A stretch of 64,000 bases of DNA, taken from positions 79,422,001-79,486,000 of the forward strand of contig NC_134469.1 of NCBI RefSeq assembly GCF_964194025.1. The letters run 5' to 3'. The notes under the pieces were generated by a model, which saw nothing but the letters and a program-made list of their open reading frames with translations, was not told the DNA's origin and made no database searches. Of the stretch, positions 25,301 to 35,867 are shown piece after piece. Both the position numbers and the translations under genes were made by a program. Source of the DNA: Convolutriloba macropyga. Lineage: Eukaryota. Each line of letters starts with the position of its first letter. The first letter of the stretch is position 1.

Positions 25301-28300
25301 ACAACAATGTCATCTGTTACTGATGTTAAGGGGCTCCTTCAGGTGACTGAATTGCAGTTGGTCAATTCGTCCGGTTTAGATACCAAGGCTTTAGTTTTGT
25401 GTGACACCGCCTGCAGTAACTCTTGGGTGGCCGGTAGTCTCGCAGATAGACTTGGTTTGCACGGTAAAGCACTAAAGCTAACTGTCAAGGGTATTAATAC
25501 CGAAGAAGTAGTTGATACTAGGGTTGTTGAAGTTACTGTGAAACCAAAAGAACAACAAGATTTCGAACCATTCACCGTCAACCCTTTCGTTAAAGAGAGT
25601 CTGAACGTCGGCTCAGATATAGTTAATGTACAGGCCCTGCAAGAGACTTACCCACACTTAGCAGTCCTTGATCCCGTAACATATTCCTATAAAAACATTG
25701 AGATGATACTCGGACAAGATGTCTATCATGCCATCCGCCCGTTAGAATACTTCTCTGCCGATGAGAAGCGTTCACCCGTTGCCGTACGCTTGCCCATAGG
25801 TTGGGTCTTAAGCGGTCCGTTACCATCAAGTTCGTGTTTAACCTCAACGTGCTTTAAAGTGAATATCGAACAAGACAATGAGTTAGCAAGTCAAGTAAAG
25901 TCATGGTACGACATTGAATCCTTCGGGGCAAACAAGCAGGTCGACTCAAGATCTGCAGCAGACGCAAGGGCTCACGAAGTCCTTGAGAGTACCACCATAC
26001 ACAATGGCCTGAGATACGATGTCGGAATGCTGTGGGCAGCAGACAACATCCAGCTCCCAAATAATTACTTCTCCTCCCTTGTGCAACTAAAATCGCTCGA
26101 AAAACGTTTGGCCAAGGATGAGGTTCTCAGAGAGAAGTATACTAGTACCATCAAGGAAGACCTAAATAAGGGGTATGTAATTGAGGTTCCGGACGCTCAC
26201 AAGGTTGAGAGTCGGTCTGATAAAGAGTGGTACCTACCCCACCATCCGGTTTTAAACCCGAACAAACCAGGTAAGGTGCGTAGGGTGCTCAATGGAGCAG
26301 CAAAATTTCATGGCGCCTCACTGAATAAATCTCTGCTCACTGGCCCTGATCTGCTCCAAAATCTTATTTACGTACTTCTTCGCTTCCGACAACATCCATA
26401 TGCCGTGTCCGCCGACATCGAGGGAATGTTTCTACAGGTTGGCGTGTTACCATCAGATCAACCATCACTTCGCTTTTTGTGGCGGGAGGACCCCACAACA
26501 AACGTTGTAGTGTATCAATATACGCGCCATATATTCGGGGCTAAAGACTCGCCCACATGCGCCAACTATGCATTACAACGCACTGCGAGAGACAATGCCA
26601 AGTTTTACCCCGAAGCTGCAAAAACCGTCCTTGAAAACTTCTACATGGACGATTATCTTGACTCAGTGGAGTCTCCCGAGAAAGCCATCAATAGATCGAA
26701 GGAATTGGTACATCTTCTCCATCTCGGTGGGTTCAAGCTTACAAAGTTCGTAAGCAATGTACCAAATCTGGCTGACCGAATTGATGGTTCCCCTCAATCT
26801 ACTGAGCCTAAGGTTATTGTTTCATGTCAGGAGGATTCATCGCATGTGCTAGGGTTAAAGTGGGATCACACTAATGACACTTTAGTTGTGAGTCGGGGTA
26901 CAAGTTGCGCTATCACCAAGTCCCTCACGCAACGCTTGGTACTAAGTCTTGTCTCGAAAGTCTTTGACCCCATTGGTCTTGTCGCACCGTTTACCGTCGG
27001 TGCCCGATTGCTCTTAAAAGACATCTGGCGTGTCACAGGACAACAATGGGATGACGAGCTCCCACAGGACATGGTTCAAAGATTTTTGGCATGGAGTGCT
27101 GACTTACCAAAGCTTGAAAACATCAAAATTCCTCGAAGTTACTTTAGTGGACCCTTTCATAATACAGAGTTGCATATGTTCGGTGACAGTTCCCAGGATA
27201 TTTTTAGTGCCGTCGCATTTCTTCGAGCCCGAGTAACAACCCCTACGGGCAAGATAAAAACAGAGCTTACGTTTGTTTTGGGGAAAGCGCGCGTGGCGCC
27301 AATGAAAGTAATGACTGTCCCTAAACTGGAATTGCAAGCAGCTCTACTTGCCGCTCGGCTGAAGAACGAAATTATTCAGGCACTTACTGTAACTGTTAAC
27401 CAAGTATTCATGTGGACAGACAGCACGACCGTTCTTCAGTGGATAAACTCTAATGAAAAGCAACCAATCTTTGTAGCAAACCGCGTTTGTGAAATTTTGG
27501 AATATACCAGCGTTGACCAATGGAACCACGTCGCAACTAAGGATAATCCAGCTGACGCTGGCACGCGTGGAATGTCCGCTGAGGTTTTGCAACTAAGCAG
27601 TTGGGTCAATGGTCCACATTTCTTATCTAACTCAAGTTTCCCTTTCGTACCGAACAAAGACGTCATTAATAACATCAAACTTGGCGTCAACAAAGCAGTC
27701 ATCATAGAAGACACTGTATCTTTGACTACATCTGTCAAAAAACAGACAACTCCTGTTCCTTCATTGTTTCCGTTTGATAAGTTTAGTTCTTATCAAAAGT
27801 ACTTGCGCATTGCCGCATACGTTCTCCGGCTTTTGCCGAAACATGCCGGCTACCGTAACCCCGATGGTAGCATTACCGACCCTACTGAGCTTGACGAAGC
27901 CGAGCGTCATCTACAGTATTTGGTGCAAGGAGAGTCTTTTGAAGCCGAAAGAAAAGATCTTCTTGGCAATAATTTCGTTAAACGGAGTAGCCGAATTGCT
28001 CCACATTCACCGTTTATTAGTCCAAATGGGCTAATCCGTTCCTCGGGCCGCATCAAGCGGTTAATTGAAGTTGGGTTTAATGTAAAGTACCAAATCATCT
28101 TAGATGCACGTCATCCGTTTGTAAAACTGTTCCTTGAACACACGCACATAAAGCATTACCATCAGGGCGTTGAATACCTAAGATCAATTGTGCAGGAACA
28201 CTACACAGTACTGAAACTAAGATCATCCTTGCGTTCCATCAAATTACACTGCCAGAGATGCCGAGAATTCCAAGCTGTAACTATGCAACCAATCATGTCT

Positions 28301-29260
28301 GACTTACCTAAGGAGAGACTTGCTTACCAGTCTCCTCCCTTCACGAACACTGGCGTTGACTACTTTGGGCCATTCTATGTTACTGTCCGCCGAACTACTG
28401 AGAAAAGGTGGGGCTTCCTCTTCACCTGTCTCACTACTCGCGCTGTCCATGTCGAGATAGTTACATCCATGGACACCAGTTCTTGTGTTATGGGAGTTGA
28501 GCGGTTTGTGTCACGTAGGGGTACACCTGCCATGATTTGGTCGGACAATGGCACTAACTTTATTGGGGCGGAGAAAGAACTCCGAGAAAGTATTGAAACG
28601 TGGAACGTTGTCAACATTGCAGCTGAGCTCGCTCACAAAGGTATAAAGTGGAGGTTCAATCCACCCAGTGCACCACATCAAGGTGGTATCTGGGAGAGGT
28701 TGGTACGCAGCTTCAAACGCGTGTTGTACACTATTCTTGGCACGCGTCGCCTCACGGATGAGGTACTGCATACTACCTTTTGTCTCGTGGAGAATGCTCT
28801 CAATTCGCGTCCTTTAACACCCGTAAGCGCCGACCCGTGCGATTTGAACGCTTTAACGCCCAACCACTTTCTTTTAGGAGAATACTCTACCGGTATTCCG
28901 ACTGTTGTCGGCAATAATGAGCTTGACCACCGTAAACGCTACGCCCGTGCGCAGTCGTACGCTAATGCGATCTGGTCCCGTTGGATCAGAGAGTACGTAC
29001 CGACACTGAACCGACGCTCTAAGTGGCAGACGCCTGCCGCGCAACACCTTAAGACCGGTGACTTGGTTTGGATAGTTGAAGAAACCAACCCTAGGGGTTA
29101 CTACCCAACCGCTCGGATTGTGGAACTCCGTTACGGCTCCGATAGCGTCGCGCGCTCCGCCGTTTTACGTACGTCGACTGGTTCACTTGTCCGCCCGCTT
29201 GTAAAACTTGTACCAGTTTTCCCAACATCTTCTTCCGGGCCGGAGGATGTTACGAAGTAA
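22367..29260 (+). CDS. BEL/Pao Gag-Pol polyprotein (about 2,297 aa from the first ATG)
   Basis: DUF1759-like Gag (LPEWKLAQYNGDPLQWHEWYGQFKSAI) and three Cys/His knuckles (CIVCKGNHRLWEC, CFSCLRDKHTFRQC, CRAEGCNSSHNTLLH). Then protease LCDTACS, RT (YLPHHPV...ADIEGMFLQV...FYMDD), Pao RNase H (LHMFGDSS...VPKLELQAA...NPADAGTRG) and integrase (HHCC, GVDYFGP, SDNGTNF, GGIWERLV). Order is PR-RT-RH-IN with no internal stops. Confidence 0.97.
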   Translation: MMSNSLDQKIKKLYAARSKREAELHAIHEDILHCINSQSRRVKVERLVTKCNEAFMTVVDKNEDLIAFAGKTEDPSALVPSLESYLEAMTTKNDKILTSARNYINSADDKVSEFQEPRASIHSRLPSIMTSSKTSSQRKHDYVIAKMKREEIEKQNEAAIRLAKQKKQMELDELEENNRKRLAEATLQEFELLDAVSKGSQSETTASARSSMRSEKAVQDWINTSLALSFHNEEKTSEPKVMIDPPECPSHNNGKTVEDQNTENSRHSIPKNCRGNYILSNETLQQLDPYYTPPENFLAAANTQALYQAHLRAQMNQTGQQGTALPSIINQGTADSQPPSVHAPGASSPPIQQPIPPQTSAPQGNQNIATEVFPNAQLQILQSRGPETSSLPENNSAQRICLRQQYNFVPRAPNATLPPFPTTNHPAPAINVPLHPSPPPSQNTQQHISEPAHHNSLPIPNPVFAPNLTAPIPHAPLVNQPPAHNNFQNNTSQVHKVVRSVAPRFPDMPNIPLGQNFVPNMSHWRFPQHRPSLVNQDATTVNNVAPNVQAHIAPSVTNFPQQTYSNSPLLIDMQSPSGTHQENPIATTSNIVPGLATPVFQPTYPYVGPTPLSWSGPQVSAPAPPIPDNASLIRELADAINSKKNDPLPEWKLAQYNGDPLQWHEWYGQFKSAIDSQTLTDDVKLTCLKTLVTGKAKIAIAEFAYCGLMYKDALRTLERKFGQPQAVVSAHLDKLSNFPPLKMHNSDNIINYSAAISSLVGVFKSLSYDADLKSASLLNPAVQKLPPNMKESWSLFTVKKHWVKLTLLDFNDWLKEKAEAHDLMKQSATKARPEDNSTSVTKTKTASKVFASNSQQRETKKQMPSSSTNTYSRCIVCKGNHRLWECRVFKEKTPTQRAKLVADNKLCFSCLRDKHTFRQCPQPRKCRAEGCNSSHNTLLHGADRVFPTKQSTNSNTIQPSGNTGQSKAASSQLQPNKTTTMSSVTDVKGLLQVTELQLVNSSGLDTKALVLCDTACSNSWVAGSLADRLGLHGKALKLTVKGINTEEVVDTRVVEVTVKPKEQQDFEPFTVNPFVKESLNVGSDIVNVQALQETYPHLAVLDPVTYSYKNIEMILGQDVYHAIRPLEYFSADEKRSPVAVRLPIGWVLSGPLPSSSCLTSTCFKVNIEQDNELASQVKSWYDIESFGANKQVDSRSAADARAHEVLESTTIHNGLRYDVGMLWAADNIQLPNNYFSSLVQLKSLEKRLAKDEVLREKYTSTIKEDLNKGYVIEVPDAHKVESRSDKEWYLPHHPVLNPNKPGKVRRVLNGAAKFHGASLNKSLLTGPDLLQNLIYVLLRFRQHPYAVSADIEGMFLQVGVLPSDQPSLRFLWREDPTTNVVVYQYTRHIFGAKDSPTCANYALQRTARDNAKFYPEAAKTVLENFYMDDYLDSVESPEKAINRSKELVHLLHLGGFKLTKFVSNVPNLADRIDGSPQSTEPKVIVSCQEDSSHVLGLKWDHTNDTLVVSRGTSCAITKSLTQRLVLSLVSKVFDPIGLVAPFTVGARLLLKDIWRVTGQQWDDELPQDMVQRFLAWSADLPKLENIKIPRSYFSGPFHNTELHMFGDSSQDIFSAVAFLRARVTTPTGKIKTELTFVLGKARVAPMKVMTVPKLELQAALLAARLKNEIIQALTVTVNQVFMWTDSTTVLQWINSNEKQPIFVANRVCEILEYTSVDQWNHVATKDNPADAGTRGMSAEVLQLSSWVNGPHFLSNSSFPFVPNKDVINNIKLGVNKAVIIEDTVSLTTSVKKQTTPVPSLFPFDKFSSYQKYLRIAAYVLRLLPKHAGYRNPDGSITDPTELDEAERHLQYLVQGESFEAERKDLLGNNFVKRSSRIAPHSPFISPNGLIRSSGRIKRLIEVGFNVKYQIILDARHPFVKLFLEHTHIKHYHQGVEYLRSIVQEHYTVLKLRSSLRSIKLHCQRCREFQAVTMQPIMSDLPKERLAYQSPPFTNTGVDYFGPFYVTVRRTTEKRWGFLFTCLTTRAVHVEIVTSMDTSSCVMGVERFVSRRGTPAMIWSDNGTNFIGAEKELRESIETWNVVNIAAELAHKGIKWRFNPPSAPHQGGIWERLVRSFKRVLYTILGTRRLTDEVLHTTFCLVENALNSRPLTPVSADPCDLNALTPNHFLLGEYSTGIPTVVGNNELDHRKRYARAQSYANAIWSRWIREYVPTLNRRSKWQTPAAQHLKTGDLVWIVEETNPRGYYPTARIVELRYGSDSVARSAVLRTSTGSLVRPLVKLVPVFPTSSSGPEDVTK

Positions 29261-29641
29261 ATAAAACAACGAATTTTAGCCAATCAGATTCGAGTATTTC
29301 TAAACTTTAAAATAAGAATTAAATACGTTCTAATATACGTAGAATGTTCCGAAAAAGTTCATTTAACCTAATTCTAAGTAAATAGAACCATGATATGTAT
29401 CGATTAAGCTGGTTTTCGGCTTAATATTTTTAGGTTTTCTAGACAATTGCCGATTGAACACGAACTGATTCTGACGTCAATGACATCAGACAAAAAACCA
29501 GTAAAAGAGCATCGAAAAAACCTTGCCGTCTAAGTTTTCACTTGTTGCTTTGTACATTACTAATGTTAAAACGTTGTTGCTATAAAGGAGCTGACACGAA
29601 TCAATTCAAAATATCGAACTTCTGTTTTATCAGAGTTAATA
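29248..29641 (+). repeat. 3' LTR of BEL/Pao element
   Basis: Same 394-bp sequence. The gag-pol stop codon falls within its first 13 nt. Confidence 0.96.
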
Positions 29642-30090
29642 TCTGCTTAAAAACAACTTCAAATAAAATTTTTAAGCCATTCAACTCGGAGGCTGTTTTA
29701 TGTAACCATTTTGTCGCAACAATTACAATTGACAAAATTTGAAACAGATCATGAACAATTTATGGCTTCGAATTTTGCTAAGTCATCTACAATTTACAGT
29801 CACATGAATGAGGCATTATAAATTAGTCATTTGGTATTAAATGAAATCAATATAGTTTTCACTGATATTACTGAGCTGGAAATTATGCTGGTCGGCACTG
29901 TTAGCTTGTATTGAGATTACTTATTGCAAGAAGTTGTAAGTGAAAAGAGACATCAGAATGCATATCGACATCGACATTTTTATCAAATTAAAACGCGGCG
30001 TTGTCAACTGAGTGAAAATTTGAAGCCATTAGAAGTCTTTTAACCGCCTTAAAAACAATTTTTGTTTTCATAAGCCTGTTTGAACAACCG

Positions 30091-31394
30091 GATCTATTTT
30101 GGCCCCTCTCCCCCTCCAAGCTCACGTGCTATTTTTTTTTTACATAGTAACGTGCTATATAACAACACATAATTTGAAACTGGGGGTATAAAAAAACACT
30201 GCGGGGGCAGAATAGATCCCATCAAACTAACTTCAAATTGATAATGATCTATGAAGCCTTAAAAGCGGCGGGGTAGCCGAGACACCATCAATTTTAATGT
30301 TGATATACCATTATAGGGGCGTGAAATGTCGATTATAAGATTGTAATGTTCTAAGGAACGCTGAAAAGTATGTTGACAACGCCTCGTTACTCGTTAATCA
30401 GAAATCACATCAGCCTATGTAACTATTCTAAATTAGTTCATCTAAACTCACATCAAATATAAAATGGAAAACAGAGCATTAGTTATGCGCTCACAACAGT
30501 ACAGTTGAATGCCTGTGGCAATTACAAATAGAGACTGTCCCGGTCCGAGTCCAGTTGTCCACTGGATGGCACGTGCCTGTTGGTCTGGTTTGAGGAAGAA
30601 GGGGGCTTCACACTCCCCCCAGACACCCCATACCTTTGTTGTGGGGGAGGGGCGGACACCGTCATTGAGCTCTGGCTGTGGTGGTGGGGGATGTGGGGGT
30701 AGTTGGGGTTTTTGGACGAGTGGAGAGGGGGAGGGGGTCCGAAATTGCGTCGGACCGATGGAGGGGTCAATGAGAAGTTGACATTTTCCAGACTAGCCAG
30801 AAATGACTCGTTGTCAATTTCGGCCATGTTGTCCAAGGAGTCTTGCTAAAAAAACGTGTCAAATCCAAGCCACAAGGTTTCAAAAAATTTCTGCCATTCA
30901 ATAAATTGACATGATAACAGACATCATCGCACTCATTGCGCGGAGTGGTTTTAATTGAGATACACTGAATTAATTACAAAGTAAACCGAAATGCGGACAA
31001 AATTTTTGATCTTTTCCGTTCGTGCCCCGATAATATGCGCCCACTAAGCGGGGGGGGGGGGTGCACAAGCACAAACGGAACAGATCCAAATCTTTTCCGC
31101 CAAAAATGCGCATTGTAGAAAACAAGTAATTTTTGCCTGATATGATATACAAAAATGACCAATAAATGAGAGATTTAATGTTGGCTCGATAAACTCTAGT
31201 AGCTCTAAGTTTCTGCAGCTAACGAAATTCAGATCTATTCCGTTATCAATTGCCCCCCCAGTGTTTTTTGTGACCCCCAGTTACAAATAATATGTTGTTA
31301 TATAGCACGTTACTGTGTAAGAAAATAACACGTGCGCCTGGGGGTCATAAAAGATTTATGCTCACTAAGCTGGAGGGCCAAAACATAATAGATC
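30091..31394. repeat. Two inverted copies of a short MITE-like repeat (30091-30218 and 31232-31394) bracketing the last exon of the membrane-protein gene
   Basis: agtaacgtgctatataacaaca / tgttgttatatagcacgttact. Each copy is bounded by gatctatt...aatagatc. Confidence 0.75.
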
Positions 31395-34300
31395 CCGCCA
31401 TTGCCCCTTCCAGATACAGAGCACGTGCCATTACATAGTAAATCATTGTGGAAAAATGGCACGTTAGTTTGGGGGTTGCAAATAAAATAAACCACTAAGC
31501 CCCGGGGGGTACAAACGGAAAACATCCAAAATCAAAATAGAGCCAATTTCAAATATCTATATAAGAGAGGCGAAAAAATATATTTTCGTCACTTGAAAAC
31601 TACAGAACTGAATAATAATAATTGCGTATCAAAATTGTGACAGAATTCAATACTTACGAATAAGTACGAATGGTCTGACGAATAAAGCTTCAATACCGAA
31701 TAAACGTAATTAGATCGTTTTGAGGGCAACATTTGAACACAGCCTTAAATTTCGGTAACGGTTTATATTGAGTACTTGGAGAAATTAATTCTTTCTTTCT
31801 TTCTTTCATTGGATGCAATTTGGTTGTAATGATAACGGTTTTACCAATAAAAATGCAATTGAAATCTACAATTGATACCAACTTGTCGAAAGCTTTGCTG
31901 CAAACATTAAACCGTGAGACAATCATGAGTCATTTGACTGCAAAAAAAATTGATATCAGTTTGAGGAAACGTACTTGCACAATTTCGGCGCCAGTCTTAA
32001 AGCAATACAAAAGGCAAATGAGATAAGGTGAGGTTGCGCAGATTCAGTTAAAGCCGGGCTTACTTCATAACGAAAGGATTCCAACAGTCTGTCGTAAGCC
32101 TAACAAGGAACAAATTAAAACCTCGAAGATTTTCGGGCTCAATTTCTGCAGACCAACACTGCTGGAAATTTCATGTTAAGAATGTCACCAGATTTTTTAA
32201 GGTCTCAAAACTGCAAAACTTTAACAAAGGAGGAGTAGAGCCGTGCAAAGCGCGTTTAAGGTTCGATTCCAGGGCATTAAAAGTATATTTTCAGCATTAA
32301 ACAGAACATCAATTTTCGTGCAATCTTGCATCAACTTCATGAAAAACATTTGTAGCCATCTTGTTTTAACACAATGATAAAAAAGATCGGTCGGAAAATT
32401 GCGTAAACACATCATATTCTCAGCCTTCAACTGCAACCTTCAACCGTTCTTGCCAAACAGACAAAAGGCAAAATTTTCAGACAAAACATCAAAGGAGAAA
32501 AAAAATGTCTGTAATTTTACTTAATTGGTCAACAACAGTTAGCAATTAATTGGTCATCAAATTTCATCGGATGACAAATCAGTACTTTCTTGAGCAATTT
32601 TTTTGTATGCAGTACGGTGGCGCTCAACTCGGCCTCTCCAACTGTGCAGTATAGAAGTCCTTTACGAAATATCGTTTTAAATTTGCCAATCACAGCATTA
32701 GAACCTGCTTGCTCATTTTACGTAACCTAACGGCCATATTTCTCATTTTTGTATGTCTGATTAAATAACTTTTGTCCAATAAAGCGTCCAGCCAAGAGGC
32801 CAAGCAAATTGAGAACGCCTTTAAGAATGGATGCCAATTTTCCGGCAAAATTTTGTTGCAAAAAATTTTTCAATTGTTTGAAAAACCATTAGGAAAGAAA
32901 AAATAAGCCAATTAAATTTCAAATTAAAGCTAAATTGACATGACGTCGAACTACAAATTGTGAGTAGCCATCATTATGAAATAAATGCTCTACTCAGAAC
33001 TAAAGGAGAACTCGTATCGTTCTCCTTTAGTTCTGAAATAGAGCTCTGAATGAAAACCTCAGAAATATTGCCTATTGTCTCAAAACTGATGATGTATCAT
33101 ATTTACATTCGTAAATTTTTGAGCTTCAAAACCTGCTATAATTCCGTTTTGTGCTATATGATTTTCTGGATGCCCACCGTCACCACAGTTTATAGCTTGT
33201 AATGGCAGGTTTTACAAATATCTTCCCATCTTTTTTGTTTCCAACTTCTAAATTTAGGTTTCAATTTTTGAGGAAAGTTTTTTGATCACCGGAATTCGAA
33301 CCAACGCCGTATTTTTCGTTGCATGCATTAACCACTGATACAATTGCCCTTTGAACCAAGTTGGAAATTCGCAGTAATATTTTGAGTTATCTTCCATGAG
33401 TAAAGCTTTCAAGAAATTTGACCAAAAGGCGGTTTGACCGAAAAGCGGCATTTCAATTGTTGATCTTTTTTGCTCTCTTTACATTTTTGTATGCAATCGT
33501 TATAACAGTTGACGTCATTTCGTGTTCCTTTTTTCTTTATTTCTACAATTATGCTTTGAACATTAAGTGAGCATTCTAAATCAACGTTAGCATCAAAGTG
33601 ATTATTCTTCATACTACAGTTGGGTACATAGGCTTGGTTATTTTGGCATAATAGGTATAATGGCATTTTGGAATTGTGTAGACTGGAATTTTTTATATTG
33701 TCATGTAACCTCGAAATTTCTCTATCAAATTGCACACAAGAAAGTTATAACTTTTAATGGTTAAGATCACTGGAAAAATTAATTTAACATTTTTGTTCAA
33801 CTGTCTACAACAGGTTCATTTTCAGAAAATTTTTGCGCCGATTTTTCTTACGACATGGAACGTCAACAAAAAGCAGACAAGAGAGGAAAGTTCATGAGTA
33901 GTCATTTGTTAATGTTTATTCCCCAAATACATACTTTCTTATCAATGTTTATTCCCCGTTGCTCGTTTTCAAAATTACCCACATGCTTTGAGTTCAAATC
34001 TAACTCAGACCGTATTAACTATGATCGTTTTGAAACTTTTTTTCCTGTGAAATGCTCTATTATAAACTTACTTTTGAGCAAGCTTTAATAACTAGTCTAG
34101 CAGCAATCATGCACCTATTTATGCCAGTGAAAGAACTCGGACCTTTTCAATTATATCCCTCCTAAAGTGCATATACGTATAGCCTCCCCATTAACTGAAA
34201 TATACTATTACGGGGGCAGTAATGAGAAAGAGCCGGCAATTCTAACCAACCTTTGGCAGCTCCAAGTGGCTCTCAGTTGCACTGTGTCTTCGCCTGTGGC

Positions 34301-35485
34301 TGCTCTTGCCCCTGCCCATCTCCGCCTTCTTCCTCCTTCCTCCCCTTCCCATTCTAGAGGTCAGAGTAGCAAATTGAGGCAGGTAGCCTCTCAGGTTGGG
34401 GTGAGAGTCGTACCACTGTTTGTAGCGGGGACAAGCCCAAGAACGCATGCCAATCACAACACACACTGAAAAACGAAGCAACACTCAGAATTATTGGGAA
34501 ACAAAGATCTCTTTCGACCACCAGCCACCTTTTTCAACAAAAATATTGTTTTATAGGACGCAATGTTTTTTAGCAGGCAAGCTTTTAAAATGGGGCAGTA
34601 TTGGATTCCAATCAATCTCTCGTGAGCTTAATGCATATTGCCTTACCAACTAGTACTATTTACTTGAAGTTGGGATTTAATTTTTTCTTGCTACTCAAGG
34701 CTCCATCTCACTAGCGAAGTTTATAATGAAGAAGTAGAGCTTCCTGTCAAGTCACTTCAAGCTTACCTTGAGCGCAAATTATAAATGATTGTTTTTAACC
34801 TACCACCCAAAAAATCTCGTTGATGAATACTTTCAACAAAAAGTCCTACATGTCTTCAAATCTTAATCTGCACTCAATTTAGAGTTTTATTTGTTATCTG
34901 ACAAAGTAACTTCACATTACTTTGAAATCGTAATCAGGCTTGAAAACAATCAAAAAATCCAAAAAAAATCTAATTGACTGAAACCTTCAAACTTCAATGA
35001 GAAGTCTTTTAATTCTTCAAATTTTACCATTTTGACAATAAAGTAGGAAATTTGCGCTCACTTGAGATTTTTCATCTAACGAAGTAATTCTAGATTACTT
35101 ACAACTCACACTGAAGTTTGAAACAAATCTGACAATACTTACATACGATCGCCATCATCACGAATGCGCCCACAATTATGACTACGATCACAACTCCCTT
35201 TGGTTCATAGCTGAAAGGATTCCGATAGTTCTTCTTTTCTTCCTTGTCTTTTCCATGTTCGCCACCACCATGTGAATCAGCGTGGGGTTCTCTGTTGCCA
35301 CTGGGGTTTGTGCCGTTGTTACCCGCGGCCCCTTGTCCATCGGATGACACGCGAGGAGGGGGTTGTTGCGGTTGACCTCCACTTGAGTCACCATCCGATC
35401 CCTCCGAACTGGCAAAGCCTACCTCACATAGCACACCCAACAAAACAGAAGTTATCAGCAGCGCCTTTGACCGTAACAACTTCAT
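30522..35485 (-). CDS. Uncharacterised single-pass type-I membrane protein, about 293 aa, 3 exons
   Basis: Exon 35485-35143 carries the signal peptide MKLLRSKALLITSVLLGVLCEVGFA and ends at donor gtaagt. Exon 34465-34251 has acceptor ttttcag and donor gttggt. Exon 30845-30522 has acceptor tttttag. Phases 1 and 0 join in frame, and the TM helix VVIVVIIVGAFVMMAIV|LCVVIGM is completed across intron 1. Confidence 0.8.
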
Positions 35486-35867
35486 TCAGGTATCTAAAAT
35501 AAAATCATCTTCAATCTTCTAAATTTATCGTCTTCAATATTTCTAATTTTTCACTTCAACAATTCAAATCCGTCTAATGTTAAGTTATCTACAGCTAATT
35601 CATTCAATCTTAAGAGAAATGGCTGAACTTTGAATCCCATCAAAGTTTAGGCATTTCAATTAACTCATGATATTCTCATATAACAATTCTGGAAAATCAT
35701 AATTCCAAAACCAATTCAACAACGCAAATTTCATCAATGTATACTCTTTCTTCACAACTAAAAATTGGGAAATAAATTTTTGGTGTAAATTTTTCAAAGC
35801 TTACTCATTCTTCAATGAAAATTAGGAAATATAAATAAATCTCAGCTCTAAATTTAAGTAATATAAA

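Larger units (their letters stand above)
19665..29641 (+). mobile_element. Full-length BEL/Pao LTR retrotransposon (9,977 bp), recent insertion
   Basis: Two 394-bp LTRs (19665-20058 and 29248-29641). 5-bp TSD tctgc at 19660-19664 and 29642-29646. tgg-starting PBS-like site right after the 5' LTR, purine-rich gggccggagga before the 3' LTR, and a single gag-pol ORF. Confidence 0.97.

Noticed and set aside
22760-28914. Many short ORFs overlapping gag-pol
   Set aside because: Alternative-frame or antisense shadows of the long ORF with no motifs.
31690-33735. ORF fragments in intron 2 of the membrane-protein gene as a transposase remnant
   Set aside because: No identifiable catalytic motifs or termini; cannot be supported without a search.
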